Below, in pieces: positions 33,468-50,516 of a DNA stretch of 64,000 bases. The stretch covers positions 576,471 through 640,470 of the forward strand of contig JAXLQX010000001.1 in NCBI GenBank assembly GCA_046331405.1, in the 5' to 3' direction. The notes beneath the pieces are model-generated. The model was given only the letters and a program-made list of their open reading frames with translations. It made no database searches and was not told the DNA's origin. The stretch's first letter is position 1. Every line of letters begins with the position of its first letter. A program made the position numbers and the translations under genes. This DNA is from Thermoanaerobaculia bacterium (GTDB lineage: Bacteria > Acidobacteriota > Thermoanaerobaculia > Multivoradales > SZUA-115).

Positions 33468-34478
33468 TCAGGGCTGGGAGCCGAGCACGCTCGCCAGGAT
33501 GGCCTTCTGGATGTGCAGGCGATTTTCTGCCTGGTCGTAGCGGATCGACTGTGGGCCATCGACCACGCCAGCCGTGGCTTCGTCGCCGCGGATGAGCGGC
33601 ATGCAGTCCATGAACACCGCCCCCGGGGCGGCCCGCTCGAAATGCCGTTCGGAGACCCGCCAGGCCTCCCGCAGCGGCGCGCGCAAAGCGGCATCCTCCT
33701 CGGCCGTGCAGGAGAGCGCCTTCCAGCTCTTGGCGTAGATGGCGTCGGCACCTGCGGAGGCGGTGTCGAGGTCGTGGCAGAGCTCCAAGCTGCCCCCGGA
33801 GCGCTCGCTCTGCTCGCGGGCGAAGCGGAGGTAGTCCTCTTCAGGCTCGAAGCCCGGCGGGAACACCATCCGCAGCCGCATGCCCAGGATCGCGGCGGCT
33901 GCCAGCATGGAGTGGGTCACGCCCGGGGACTTCTGGCGCTTGGCCCAGGCCCAGCTGAAGACCACGGTACGCTGCCGGTAATCCGCACCGAAGCGTTCGC
34001 GCAGGGTGAGGATGTCGGCCAGCACCTGGCAGGGGTGCTCGCGATCGTCGAGGGCATTGATCACCGGCTTCGCCGCGTAGCGGCCGATCTCCTCGAGGCT
34101 GCGATAGCCCTTGCCGTACTGCGTCAGGTCGTAGAGGCGCACCACGATGCCGTCGAGCAGCCGGCCCATCACGGCGGCGGTGTCCTGCAGGGTCTCGTGG
34201 TTGCTCATCTGGAGGTCCGCAGGCGTGAGGTGCTCCGCGTGGGCCCCCAGCTGGCGCGCCGCTACCTGGAAGGAGATTCTCGTGCGCGTGGACGGCACGG
34301 TGAACAGCATGCCGAGCGTCTTGCCCGCGAGAAGCGCTTGGTTCACGGCGCCGCTCTTCATCTGCAAGGCGAGATCGATCAAAGCCTCGAGGGTCTCGCG
34401 ACTCTGATCGCGCAGGGTGAGGAAGCTGCGGCCCTCGAGAACGCTCAAGGCTGGGTGTGGGGGCCGGGTGGGATCCAT
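33468..34478 (-). CDS. OTC/ATC-family carbamoyltransferase, atypical subfamily
   Basis: Carbamoyl-phosphate motifs FTVPSTRTRISF (STRTR) and HPCQVLAD (HPxQ). The region equivalent to the ornithine-site HCLP motif reads FMDCMPLIRGDE. Confidence 0.7.
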   Translation of the reverse strand: MDPTRPPHPALSVLEGRSFLTLRDQSRETLEALIDLALQMKSGAVNQALLAGKTLGMLFTVPSTRTRISFQVAARQLGAHAEHLTPADLQMSNHETLQDTAAVMGRLLDGIVVRLYDLTQYGKGYRSLEEIGRYAAKPVINALDDREHPCQVLADILTLRERFGADYRQRTVVFSWAWAKRQKSPGVTHSMLAAAAILGMRLRMVFPPGFEPEEDYLRFAREQSERSGGSLELCHDLDTASAGADAIYAKSWKALSCTAEEDAALRAPLREAWRVSERHFERAAPGAVFMDCMPLIRGDEATAGVVDGPQSIRYDQAENRLHIQKAILASVLGSQP

Positions 34479-34516
34479 GCGTGGGGCTCCTTGGAAAGGC
34501 GTGGTGGGCCCGGCGG

Positions 34517-35575
34517 CTAGAAGCCGTTCTCGAAGGCGGCGTCTCCGAAATGCTCGCGCGTCCAGGAGTCCGAGAAGACGGTGTCCAGGTAGCGCTCGCC
34601 GCGATCGGGGAGGATGCCCACCACCTCGCTGCCGGGGGCGATCTCGGGCAACGCGCGCTCGATGGCGCTCACCACCGCGCCCGAGGAGGCACCGGCGAAG
34701 ATCGCCTCGTCGGCAAGCAGCCGGCGGCAGCCGCGGACGGCATCGAGATCGCTCATCAGGCTCACTTCATCCACCAGCTCGATCGGGCAGAGGGGCGGCC
34801 GGAGCGAAGCGCCCAGGCCGGGGAGCAATCGCTGGCAGCGCTGGTGATCGAAGATGAGGCTACCCACGGCATCCACCGCGACCACGCGAGTCGACAGCCC
34901 CAGTTCCCGCACCTTCTGCGCGCAACCGGCCAGCGTTCCGCAGGTGCTGGTCGGAATGAAAAGGTAATCGGGAGCGGGAACCACGCGCAGGATTTCCTCC
35001 ATGGTGGTCTCGTAGTGCTCGCGGGCGTTGTGCCGATTTCCATATTGATTGGGCCAGAAAGCGGCGGGATCAGCTGCCAGGATTTCCTGCACGCGGTGCA
35101 GTCGGGCCTGCAAGTACTCGCCGGTTTCCGGATCCGGCTCGCGGATCGCGTCCACCTCGGCCCCGTAGGCGCGGAGAATCGCGATGTTGGTGCGGCTGGC
35201 CTTGGGATCCACCACGCAGATCAGTCGCAAGCCGTGATAGCGACAGGCCTGGGCCAGGCCGATACCCATGTTGCCGGAGCTCGACTCCACGACCACCGAG
35301 CCGGGCTTGAGTTCTCCCCTCGCAAGTGCTTCTTCCACGATGCGCAGCGCTGGCCGGTCCTTGCTGCTGCCGCCCGGGTTGAGGCCCTCGATCTTCGCCA
35401 ACACCCGCGCCCTGGCGCCGGCGAAGCGCCTGCGGAGGTGAATCAGCGGTGTCTCGCCGACGGCTTCGAGAATGCTCCCGAGCGGCCTCAGGGCTTGCTT
35501 CGAAGGCGCCTTACGACGACTGGCCGGGCCACTTGGACACGGCGGCTGTCGAGGCGCATTCGAAAGTGTGCTCAT
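34517..35575 (-). CDS. Cysteine-synthase-fold PLP enzyme, SbnA-like
   Basis: PLP-lysine motif LNPGGSSKDRPALRIVEEA (SbnA-type GGSxKDRPA), glycine loop SSGNMGIGLA, and a CysK-like C-terminal half. Confidence 0.65.
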   Translation of the reverse strand: MSTLSNAPRQPPCPSGPASRRKAPSKQALRPLGSILEAVGETPLIHLRRRFAGARARVLAKIEGLNPGGSSKDRPALRIVEEALARGELKPGSVVVESSSGNMGIGLAQACRYHGLRLICVVDPKASRTNIAILRAYGAEVDAIREPDPETGEYLQARLHRVQEILAADPAAFWPNQYGNRHNAREHYETTMEEILRVVPAPDYLFIPTSTCGTLAGCAQKVRELGLSTRVVAVDAVGSLIFDHQRCQRLLPGLGASLRPPLCPIELVDEVSLMSDLDAVRGCRRLLADEAIFAGASSGAVVSAIERALPEIAPGSEVVGILPDRGERYLDTVFSDSWTREHFGDAAFENGF

Positions 35576-35960
35576 CAGTCATGCCAGGATGTTTTCTCCC
35601 CTAGAGTGCAGCGAGTCAATCAGTCGGGACAACGCAAGAAGCCGCTTCGGGCCGCGGCCTCGCTAGCGAATCGAGGAAATTTCCGTAGGTGTTCAGGTGT
35701 GGGCACAATTCTCTTCTAAACATTACTGTTACGGCTGGGCAAAGAGTCGAGTTCCAGCGCTGTGATCGTCTGCCGGCCGCGTGTCACGCCACCGGCTGAG
35801 GAGTGCATTCTTAGATGTAGAACGCGAGATCAGCTCGTCAAGACAAACCCGACTCTGGCTGGGTAGCCAGTTTGGAAGGGAAAAGGATGAACCGTCCTGG
35901 AACGCCCCCCCGCCAGAGTCGATTCGGCGCCTCGACCGATTCTGCCAGGGAGCTGCTTCC

Positions 35961-36680
35961 ATGGTATCGACCCTCCTCGCGCTGGCCCTGACCCTGCCGG
36001 CAACGGCTGCAGCCAACGACCTCACGGTGGACCAGATCCTCAGCCGGGCTGTCGAGGCCCGGGGTGGGGCAGCGCGCCTCAAGGAGCTGCGCTCGATCCG
36101 CACCCAGGGTGATTTTCTGGTTCAAGACGTCAAGCAGCCGTTCGTCCTCTACCGCCAGCGTCCCGACCATCTGCGCTCCGAGATCCAGACCCGCAAGGGC
36201 GCCGTCGTGCGGGTTTTCGCCGACGGCAAGGGCTGGGAGGTGAACCCCACCCAGGGCTCCACGGCGCCGCGGGTGCTGAGCGACGCCGAAGCGGCGGGTC
36301 TGCGCCGCCAAGCGGACTTCGATGGCCCTCTTCTCGATGCCAAAGCCAAGGGTCATCAGTGGCGGTTGGTGGGCCGCGAGAAGCTGGGCGACAAGGACGC
36401 CTATCACCTCGAGGTGAAGCTCGCGAGCGGCGACTCCGAGTCCTGGTGGGTGGATGCCGGGGACTTTCACGTGGTTAAGTCGGTTCAGAAGCAGACCGTG
36501 GCCGGCCAGCTCACCGACCTAGTCACTGAATACAGCGATTTTCGCGATGTCTCAGGAGTGAAGCTGCCGTTCCGTATCGACACCGAGCAAGTGGCACTCG
36601 GCCGCAAGACCACGCTCCTGGTGCAGTCGATCGCGGTCGATGCCGAGATGTCCGGGGATCTCTTCAGGATGCCCGGCTAA
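35961..36680 (+). CDS. Secreted LolA-like / outer-membrane-lipoprotein-sorting-like protein
   Basis: Start re-placed at ATG 35961, giving signal peptide MVSTLLALALTLPATAAA. Beta-rich, about 240 aa. Family assignment is tentative. Confidence 0.4.
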   Translation: MVSTLLALALTLPATAAANDLTVDQILSRAVEARGGAARLKELRSIRTQGDFLVQDVKQPFVLYRQRPDHLRSEIQTRKGAVVRVFADGKGWEVNPTQGSTAPRVLSDAEAAGLRRQADFDGPLLDAKAKGHQWRLVGREKLGDKDAYHLEVKLASGDSESWWVDAGDFHVVKSVQKQTVAGQLTDLVTEYSDFRDVSGVKLPFRIDTEQVALGRKTTLLVQSIAVDAEMSGDLFRMPG

Positions 36681-36711
36681 GCGTGGCCGTGCCCCATGTC
36701 GGAGCCATGCC

Positions 36712-39700
36712 ATGACCCGGGACCGACGCTCGCCGCAGAGCGATGATGTTGCCATCGTCGGGCTGAGTTGCCGGTTTCCCCACGCCGAAGGTCTCGAGCC
36801 CTTCTGGCGCCTTCTCGCAAGCGGCGGGGATGCGATCGAAGAGGTTCCGGCCGAGCGCTGGGACCTCGCTGCCGTCTACCGTCCGGGCAAGGCCGTTCCC
36901 GGCAAAGTCAACACTCGCTGGGGCGGCTTCCTGCAGGGTGTCGACCTCTTCGACGCCGGGTTCTTCGCGATCTCCCCCCGCGAAGCCGCGCGCATGGATC
37001 CGCAGCATCGCATGCTGCTGGAGGTCGCCTGGGAGGCCCTCGAGGACGCCGGCCTCCTGCCCGGGCAGCTGCGCGGAGCCCGCGGCGGTGTTTTTCTCGG
37101 CCAGTGCTACGAGGACTACCTCGACCTCGAGATTCGCGATCCGCGGCGGATCGATGTCTACGTCAACACCGGCGGGGCGCGCAGCGTCGCCGCCGGCCGC
37201 GTCTCCTACAGCTTGGACTGGCGAGGTCCCAGCGTGTCGATGGACACCGCCTGCTCCTCCTCGCTGGTGGCCCTCCACCAGGCCATCGTCGCCCTGCGCG
37301 AGGGCGAATGCGACATCGCTCTCGCCGGTGGCGTGAACCTGGTTCTCCAGCCGGACTTCAGCATCGGCTTCTCTCAGGCGGGGATGCTCGCCCCCGACGG
37401 CCGATGCAAGGCCTTCGACGCGCGCGCCGACGGCTTCGTGCGCAGCGATGGCGTGGCCCTGGTGGCGCTCAAGCGGCTGGCCGACGCCCAGGCCGACGGC
37501 GATCCTGTGCGGGCCGTGATCCTCGGCAGTGCCGTGACCAACGATGGCCAGTCGAGCGGGCTCTTGATGACTCCTGGCCGGGAAGGCCAGGAAGCCGTGC
37601 TGCGCGAGGCCTACCGCCGAGCCGGAGTCTCGCCGGGGGCGGTGCACTACATCGAGGCCCACGGCACGGGGACCAGCGTGGGAGACCCGATCGAGGCCGC
37701 GGCCCTCGGGGCGGTGATGGGCGAGGGCCGGCCGGCGGGAAAGCGCTGCCGCCTGGGCTCGGTGAAATCCAATATCGGCCACACCGAGGGCGCCGCGGGG
37801 ATGGCCGGCTTGATCAAAGTGGTGCTCGCCATGGAGCAGGGCCTGCTGCCGGCGAGCCTCCATTGCCACGAGCCCAATCCGCGGATCCCCTGGCAGGAGC
37901 TGCCCGTCGAGATGCAAACCGAATCCGGCCCCTGGCCCCTCGCCGGGGGAGAGCGGGCGCTCGCGGGAGTGAGCTCTTTCGGCATCTCGGGCACCAACGC
38001 CCACGTGGTGGTCGAGCAGGCCGCCGAGCCCATCCGGGGGCGGCCGGCGGAGGTCGACGGACCCGTGGTGCTGCCGCTCTCGGCGGCTTCGGCGGCGGCT
38101 CTCGCTCAACGGGCGCAGCAGCTGCTCGAAACCCTGGAGGCCAGGCCGCGGGACTTCCCGCTGGCAGACCTCGGCTACACCCTCGCCGTACGCCGCAGCC
38201 ACTTCGAGCACCGCCTGGCCGTGGTGGCGAACTCCACGGCGGAGGCCGCCGAGGGCCTGGCCGCCTTCCGGGCGGGAGAGAGCCGAGCCAACCTCGCCAC
38301 CGGGGCCGCCACCACCACCGAGCGTCCACGCGTGGCCTTCCTCTTTCCGGGCCAGGGCAGCCAGTGGCTGGCCATGGGCCGCCGCTTGGCCCAGCAGGAA
38401 CCCGCGTTCCGCGCCGCCCTCGAGAGCTGCGACGAGGCCATCGCCCGCCACGCCGGCTGGTCGGTTCTCGCCGAGCTCGAGGCCGGCGAGGCGACCTCGA
38501 GGCTGGAGGAAGTGGACGTCGTCCAGCCGCTGATCTTCGCCCTCCAGGTGAGCCTCGCCGCCCTGTGGCGCAGCTGGGGCGTGGAGCCGGACGCCGTGGT
38601 GGGCCAGAGCCTGGGCGAGGTGGCCGCCGCCCACGTGGCCGGCGCCCTCGACCTCGACGACGCGGCTCGGGTGATCTGCCGGCGCAGCAAGCTGGTCAAG
38701 ACCACCAGCGGCCGGGGCGGCATGGCGGCCGTCGAGCTCTCGCTCGAGGAAGCCCGCGAACGCATCGCCCACCGCGCGGACCGCGTCTCTGTGGCGGTGA
38801 GCAACGGCCCCCGCTCCACCGTGCTCTCGGGCGAAACCGAGGCCCTCGGGGAGATCCTGGCCGAGCTCGAGCGAGACGGCGTGTTCGGCCGCTTGATCAA
38901 GGTGGACTACGCCTCGCACAGCCCGCAGATGGACCCCCTGCGCGAGGCCCTGCTCGCCGAACTCGAGCCTGTCAGGCCGCGCCCCGGGAGCGTACCGATC
39001 TACTCGACGGTCAGCGCCGAAGTGGGCGACGGCGCCGACTTCGACTGCCACTACTGGGTGAGGAATCTGCGCGAGCCGGTGCTCTTCGCCCCCTGCCTCG
39101 AAAAGCTGCTGGACCACGGCCACACCGTCCTGCTCGAGGTGAGCGCCCATCCCATCGTGCTTTCGGCGCTGAAGACCGCCCTCCACCACTGGCAGCGCCG
39201 GGCCCTGTGCCTGCCCTCGCTGGTACGGGACGGCGATCGCGGCGCCCTGCTCGCCTCGCTCGGCGCGCTCTACTGCGAGGGCTATCCGGTCGCCTGGGCG
39301 AAGCTCTTTGCACCTGGCGGCCGTTGCCTTCGACTGCCGTCCTACCCCTGGCAGCGCGAGAGCTACTGGATCGACCCGGAAGGGCCCGGTAAGCCCCTCG
39401 AGCGCGGGAGCGCAGCGCCTTCGGGGGGCCACCCGCTGCTCGGTTGGCGGCTGGAGTCGGCACTGCATGCCGGCACCCGCTTCTGGCAGACCGAAATCGC
39501 TCTCGAGCGGCAGAGCTTCCTGGCCGACCACCGGGTGCAAGGCGCGGTAGTGCTGCCGGCCGCCGCCTACCTCGAAGCCGCCCTCGCGGCAGCAGAGGAT
39601 TGCCTGGGAGCGGAGGCCGCGGTGGAGCTCGCCGGCGTCGAGTTCGAGCAGGCGCTGTTCCTGGCCCCGGGCCAGCCTCGGCGCAGCCAGCTGGCCCTGA

Positions 39701-42700
39701 GCCCGGCCGGCGAAGGCGCCTTCCAGTTCCGGTTCCTGACCGCCCGAGAAGGCGGTTGGCTGTGCCACTCCCACGGCCGGGTGCGAGGGGTCCTCGAGGG
39801 CAACTCCGGCGCCGACTTCCGGGCGTTCGAGGCTGCACGCGGGCGCTGCCGGCAGGAGGCGGATTCGGAGGCCCCTTATCGGCAGCTCGAGGCCCTCGGG
39901 CTCGAGTACGGGCCGTCCTTTCGCCGGCTGGCGGCCCTCCACCGGGGTGACGGCGAAGCGGTGGCTGCCCTGGAGCCTGCCGAGGGTGGCCTCGGAGGCT
40001 CCTACCGGCTCGACCCCACGCTGCTCGACGCCGGCTTCCAGCTGCTCGCGGCGGCGCTGGGAGAGGCGGAGACGGGTGGCAAGACGCTGCTGCCGGTACG
40101 CCTCGAGAAGCTGCGCTTCTTTCCGTCGGCGGGCCCACCCGCCTGGTGCTGGGCTCGGCTGGAGCCCATGCCGGCCGGCGAAGAGCTGCCGCGAGGCTCG
40201 GTCTCTCTGTTCGACTCGCAGGGCGCGCTGGTGGCCGAAGCGAAGGGGCTCGCCCTGGCGCGCCTCGCTTCGGCCGAGGAGCCGCGCAGCCTCTTCCATC
40301 AGATCCTCTGGCAGGAGGCGCCGCTCGAGGCTGCGGCAGCCGCCCCGCCGGCGTCGAGCTGGCTGCTGGTCGGTGGCCCCGCCGAGCTCGCCGGCAGCCT
40401 GCGGAGCGCTCTCGAGCACGCCGGGCAGCTCGTCGAGGCCACCGCCGGGCCGAGCTTGCCGCCGGGTGGGCCGTGGCAACACGTGATCTCCTTAGCGGCG
40501 CTCGAGGTCCCCGCGCTTGGCCAGAGCCCTGATCAACAGGCCCTCGAGTTCGCCTGGCGGGCTGCCCAGCTGGTGCAGGGGCTGGTATCGGCGCCCGGGC
40601 CCCGGCCGGGGCTGTGGCTGATCACCCGCGGCGCGGTGGCTCCGGCAGGAGAAGCGCCCTCGGCAGCCCCTCAGGCGGTGCTCTGGGGCCTCGGCCGGAC
40701 CCTGCGCAACGAGCATCCCGAGCTCGCCTGTCGCCTGGTGGATCTCGATCCTTCTTGGACGGGCGGCGAGCGGCTCGCTGCCGAGCTGCTCGCCGGCAGC
40801 GAGGAGGCGCAGGTCTGCCTTCGCCGCGACGGTCGCTTCGCGGCTCGGCTCTCGGCCGGCCTCGAGGGCGGAGCACGGGCCGCCGCCGGACCGCCGGCGC
40901 GCACCCTGAGCGCCCGGGAGCCGTTCCGCCTGGAAGCCCTCACGCCCGGCGTGCTCGACGGCCTCGCCTTGACCCGCTGCGCGCGGCGCCCTCCCGGGCC
41001 GGGGCAGGTCGAGGTGCTCGTCCGTGCGGCGGGCCTGAACTTCATGGACCTGATGCGGGCCATGGGCATCTATCCCGGCCAACCGGACGGAGCTCTCGCC
41101 CTGGGGGTGGAATGCGCCGGCACGGTGGTGGCGGTGGGCCCCGGGGCGGAACGTTTCCGCCCGGGGGACGAGGTGGTGGGCATCACCCCCTCGCACAACA
41201 CCTGTATCGCCTCCTACACCACCCTCGACGAGCGCTGCGTGGCACCGCGGCCGGCCGGGCTCGATCCGCTCGCGGCCGCCACCCTGCCGGTCGCCTACCT
41301 CACCGCCTATTACTCGCTCTGCCACCTCGCCCGGCTCGCCCCCGGCGAGCGGGTGCTGATCCACTCGGCCACCGGCGGCGTGGGCCTCGCGGCCTGTCAT
41401 CTCGCTCGCCAATTGGGCGCCGAGGTGCTGGCCACGGCCGGCAGCGAAGCCCGCAGGGCCTACCTGCGCGAGCTCGGCATCGAGCACGTCTTCGACTCTC
41501 GTTCTCTCGGCTTTGCGGCCGCCGCGCGGGCGGCCACCGCGGGCAAGGGCGTGGACGTGGTGCTCAACTCACTCGCCGGCGAGGCCATTCCGGAGGGGCT
41601 CGCGTGCCTGGCCACCGCCGGGCGCTTCGTCGAGCTCGGCAAGCGGGACATCTACCAGAGCGCCCAGCTGAGCCTGCTGCCGTTCAAGCGCAATCTGGCC
41701 TTCTTCGCGGTGGATATCGATCTGCTCTGCCGCGAGCAGCCGGCCTTCGTGGGCCGGATGCTGCAGGAAGCCATGGCACTGGTGGCGAGCGGGGCGGTGC
41801 CGCCCCTGCCCAGCCACGTCTATTCGATCGCCGAAGCCCACGAGGCCTTCCGGCTGATGGCCCAGGCGCGCCACCTGGGCAAAGTGGTGCTCCATTTCGA
41901 CCGCCCCGAGGTTTCCGTGCAAGAGCCGGCCGGCCGGGCCGCCACCCTCTCCGCCGAGCGCAGCTACCTGGTGACCGGCGGTCTCGGCGGTCTCGGCCTC
42001 CAGGTGGCCGGCTGGCTGGCCGACCACGGTGCCCGCAAGCTCGCCCTGCTCGGCCGCAGCGCACCCGGCGAAGAGGCTCGTGCCCTGGTGGCCTCGCTCG
42101 CCGAGCGCGGCGTCGAGGTGCTCACCCTGGCGGCGGACGTGGCCGACGCCGGAGCGGTCGATCACGCCGTGAGCCGTATCGAGGCCGAGCTCGCTCCGCT
42201 GGCGGGAGTGGTTCACGCCGCCGGTCTGCTGGCGGATCGCACCCTGGTCTCGCTCAGCGAGGAGGATTTCGCCCGCGTCTTCGCGCCCAAGGTGCGCGGC
42301 GCCTGGCTGCTCGGGGAGCGCACCCGCGGCTGTCCGCTGGACTTCTTCGTGCTGTTCTCCTCGGCGGCGGCCGCCCTGGGCTCACCGGGCCAGGCCAACT
42401 ACAGCGCCGCGAACGCCTATCTCGATGCCCTGGCGGCAGCGAGGCAGGGAGAAGGCCTGCCCGGTCTCGCGATCGCCTGGGGTCCGTGGTCGGAAGTCGG
42501 CTTGGCGGCACGGCCGGATCGCGGTGGCCGGCTCGCCCGCCGTGGCTTCGGCAGCCTCTCGCCGGCCGAAGGCCTCGAGGCGTTCGGAGAGCTTCTGGCG
42601 AGCCGAGAGAGCCAGGTGGTGGTGACGCCCTTCGAGCTCGGCCCCTGGCAGCAGTTCTATCCGCAGGCCGCGAGCGACCCCTTCTTCAGCACTCTGGGCC

Positions 42701-43157
42701 GAGCCGAGGAACCGGCGACGGGAGCGAGCGAAGGGCTCAGCGCCGCGAGCCTCGCGCGCTTGCCGGCCGCCGAGCGAGAGGCCCGACTGCGGGAGTACCT
42801 GCGCGAGCTGGTGGCCCGGGTGCTCGGCCTGCCTGCGGCACGCCTCGAGGACGACCGGCCGGTGAACCGCCTGGGTATGGACTCGCTGATGGCCGTGGAG
42901 ACCCGCAATCGCGTGGAGATGGACCTCGGGGTGAGCGTTCCCGTGGTGACCCTGCTCCAGGGGGCCACGCTGCGGGAGCTCACGGAGCGGATCCAGGCGG
43001 AGCTGGGCGCGAGCCCTGCCGGCTCCGCCGCTCCGCCGCCGGCCGGCCCCGGCGAACCCGGCCACGAGGTGGTTGCCGAGATCGACCTCGAGGCGCTCTC
43101 CGAGGGCCAGGTCGACTCGCTCTTACGAGACCTCCTGGAGAGCCAGGGCAGCGCTCC

Positions 43158-43161
<4 letters not shown>
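36712..43161 (+). CDS. Type I polyketide synthase, single fully reducing module KS-AT-DH-ER-KR-ACP
   Basis: KS: DTACSSSLVALHQA, EAHGTGT, NIGHTEGAAG. AT: GQSLGEVAAAHVAG with the YASH specificity motif (methylmalonyl-type). DH: HPLLGWRLESALHAGTRFWQTE. ER: LIHSATGGVGLAA. KR: YLVTGGLGGLG. ACP: LGMDSLMAV. Start at MTRDRRSPQSDDVAIVGLSCRFP. ATGA overlap with the next gene. Confidence 0.9.
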
Positions 43162-48866
<5,705 letters not shown>

Positions 48867-48872
48867 GCCGCC

Positions 48873-50516
48873 ATGCGCCGAGGCCTGGACTGCGTCGTGA
48901 TCGGTTACAACGATCCACCTTTCGAACGCTATGCCGAACTCCTGCGGCAATACGGCGTGGATTCGCCGGCCTATCGCGACCTCAAGCTCTCCTCGGTGAC
49001 ACTCGACGGCAAGATGATGGGCTACGTCGACCTGCTCAACCGGAGTCTCGGCGAGGCCTGGGGCCGAGACCCACGGCTGCGCTCGGGGGACATCCCCTCC
49101 CTCGCGGCCGCCTATCTGGTGAGCTATCTGCGCCGGCACGGCGCGAGCGCCTGCTATATCAACCTTTTCCAGGAGGAGAAGAACCGGCTGGCAGAGCTGC
49201 TGGCGGAGGGGCCCCTCTGTGTGGCGATCACCACCACGCTCTATGTGCTGAATTTTCCGGTGAACGAGATGGTGGAGTTCATTCGCGCCATGGACCCCAC
49301 GGGCAAAGTGAAGATCGTGGTGGGCGGGCCGCTGGTGGCCAACCATGTCCGCAACTACCAGGGCGGCGAAGGCCTCGACGCGGCCCTCCAGGATCTCGGC
49401 GCCGACTACTACGTCTGCGAGGCCCAGGGCGAGGCGACGCTCGCGCAGCTGGTGCGCGCCCTGCGCGACGGCGGCGACCTCGCTGCGGTGCCGAACCTCT
49501 ACTACTTCGAGGCCGGCCGGCTGGTCTCGACCGCCCAGGCGCCGGAAAACAACTCCTTGGACGAGCATCACGTGGACTGGCGGCTGCTGGCCGACCACGG
49601 GCTGGGTGCCACGGTTCAGACCCGCACCGCCCGCAGCTGCGCCTTCAAGTGCTCGTTCTGCAATTATCCGGCGCGGGCCGGCAAGCTCACTCTTGCCAGC
49701 GTCGAGACCGTGCAGGCCGAGCTCGACGCCTTGCGCGAGGCGGGCGTGCGCAACGTGGTGTTCATCGACGACACCTTCAACGTGCCGTTGCCGCGCTTCA
49801 AGGCCCTCTGCCAGATGATGATCCGGCAGAATTATCCCTTCCGTTGGTTCTCCTACTTCCGCTGCAGCAACTCCGACGCCGAGGCGGTGGAGCTGATGGC
49901 GCGAAGCGGCTGCGGGGGTGTGTTCCTGGGCATCGAAAGCGGCTCGCCGACGATCCTCACCAACATGGACAAGGCGGCCACGATCGAAAAGTACCGCGAA
50001 GGCATCCGGATGCTGCGCGAGCACGGCATTCTGACCTTCGGTTCTTTCATCACCGGTTTTCCAGGCGAGACCGACGCCACCGTGGCCGAGACGGTCGACT
50101 TTCTCGAAACCACCGGGCTGGACTACTACCGCACGCAGCTGTGGTATTGCGAGCACGGCACGCCGATCGAGCGCCGCCGCGAGCTCCATGGCATCGAAGG
50201 GGAAGGTTTCGTCTGGTCCCACGCCACCATGGACAGCCTGGAAGCGATGGATCACATCGAGCGGATCTTCCTGTCGGTGACCGGTCCGATCTGGCTGCCG
50301 CAATGGTCGTACGATTTCTGGATCCTGCCATACCTGCTGGGAAAAGGTTTCCAACGCGATCAGCTGGACGGCTTCCATCGCCAGGCCCAGAAACTGATGG
50401 CGTTGGAGGTCGCCACTCTCTCCGAGCGAGACCGCCAGGGGCGCCGCGAGGCCTTGATGGCGAGCACGGTGGCGGCTGCCCGCACCTGGCAGGCAAGGAA
50501 CGAGGTGGCTCTATGA
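48873..50516 (+). CDS. Cobalamin-binding (class B) radical SAM enzyme
   Basis: N-terminal B12-binding Rossmann domain (VVIGYNDPPFERY...KIVVGGPL) and canonical TRTARSCAFKCSFCNYP (Cx3Cx2C). Starts 6 nt after the NRPS1 stop. ATGA overlap with the NRPS2 start. Confidence 0.8.
   Translation: MRRGLDCVVIGYNDPPFERYAELLRQYGVDSPAYRDLKLSSVTLDGKMMGYVDLLNRSLGEAWGRDPRLRSGDIPSLAAAYLVSYLRRHGASACYINLFQEEKNRLAELLAEGPLCVAITTTLYVLNFPVNEMVEFIRAMDPTGKVKIVVGGPLVANHVRNYQGGEGLDAALQDLGADYYVCEAQGEATLAQLVRALRDGGDLAAVPNLYYFEAGRLVSTAQAPENNSLDEHHVDWRLLADHGLGATVQTRTARSCAFKCSFCNYPARAGKLTLASVETVQAELDALREAGVRNVVFIDDTFNVPLPRFKALCQMMIRQNYPFRWFSYFRCSNSDAEAVELMARSGCGGVFLGIESGSPTILTNMDKAATIEKYREGIRMLREHGILTFGSFITGFPGETDATVAETVDFLETTGLDYYRTQLWYCEHGTPIERRRELHGIEGEGFVWSHATMDSLEAMDHIERIFLSVTGPIWLPQWSYDFWILPYLLGKGFQRDQLDGFHRQAQKLMALEVATLSERDRQGRREALMASTVAAARTWQARNEVAL

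Noticed and set aside
36664-40482. 1272-aa minus-strand ORF antisense to the PKS gene. Similar giants at 42657-50378 (2573 aa) and 53209-61518 (2769 aa) lie antisense to the NRPS genes.
   Set aside because: Arg/Pro/Gly-rich low-complexity translations that are typical of open antisense frames in 70% GC DNA. The sense strand carries unambiguous PKS/NRPS motifs.
40614-43157. N-terminal 848 codons of the 2750-aa track ORF 40614-48866, and likewise 52561-53643 of the 3288-aa ORF.
   Set aside because: Out-of-frame overlap with the upstream PKS/NRPS2 genes. The real NRPS starts (ATG 43158, TTG 53644) overlap the upstream stop codons and coincide with the first C-domain motifs.
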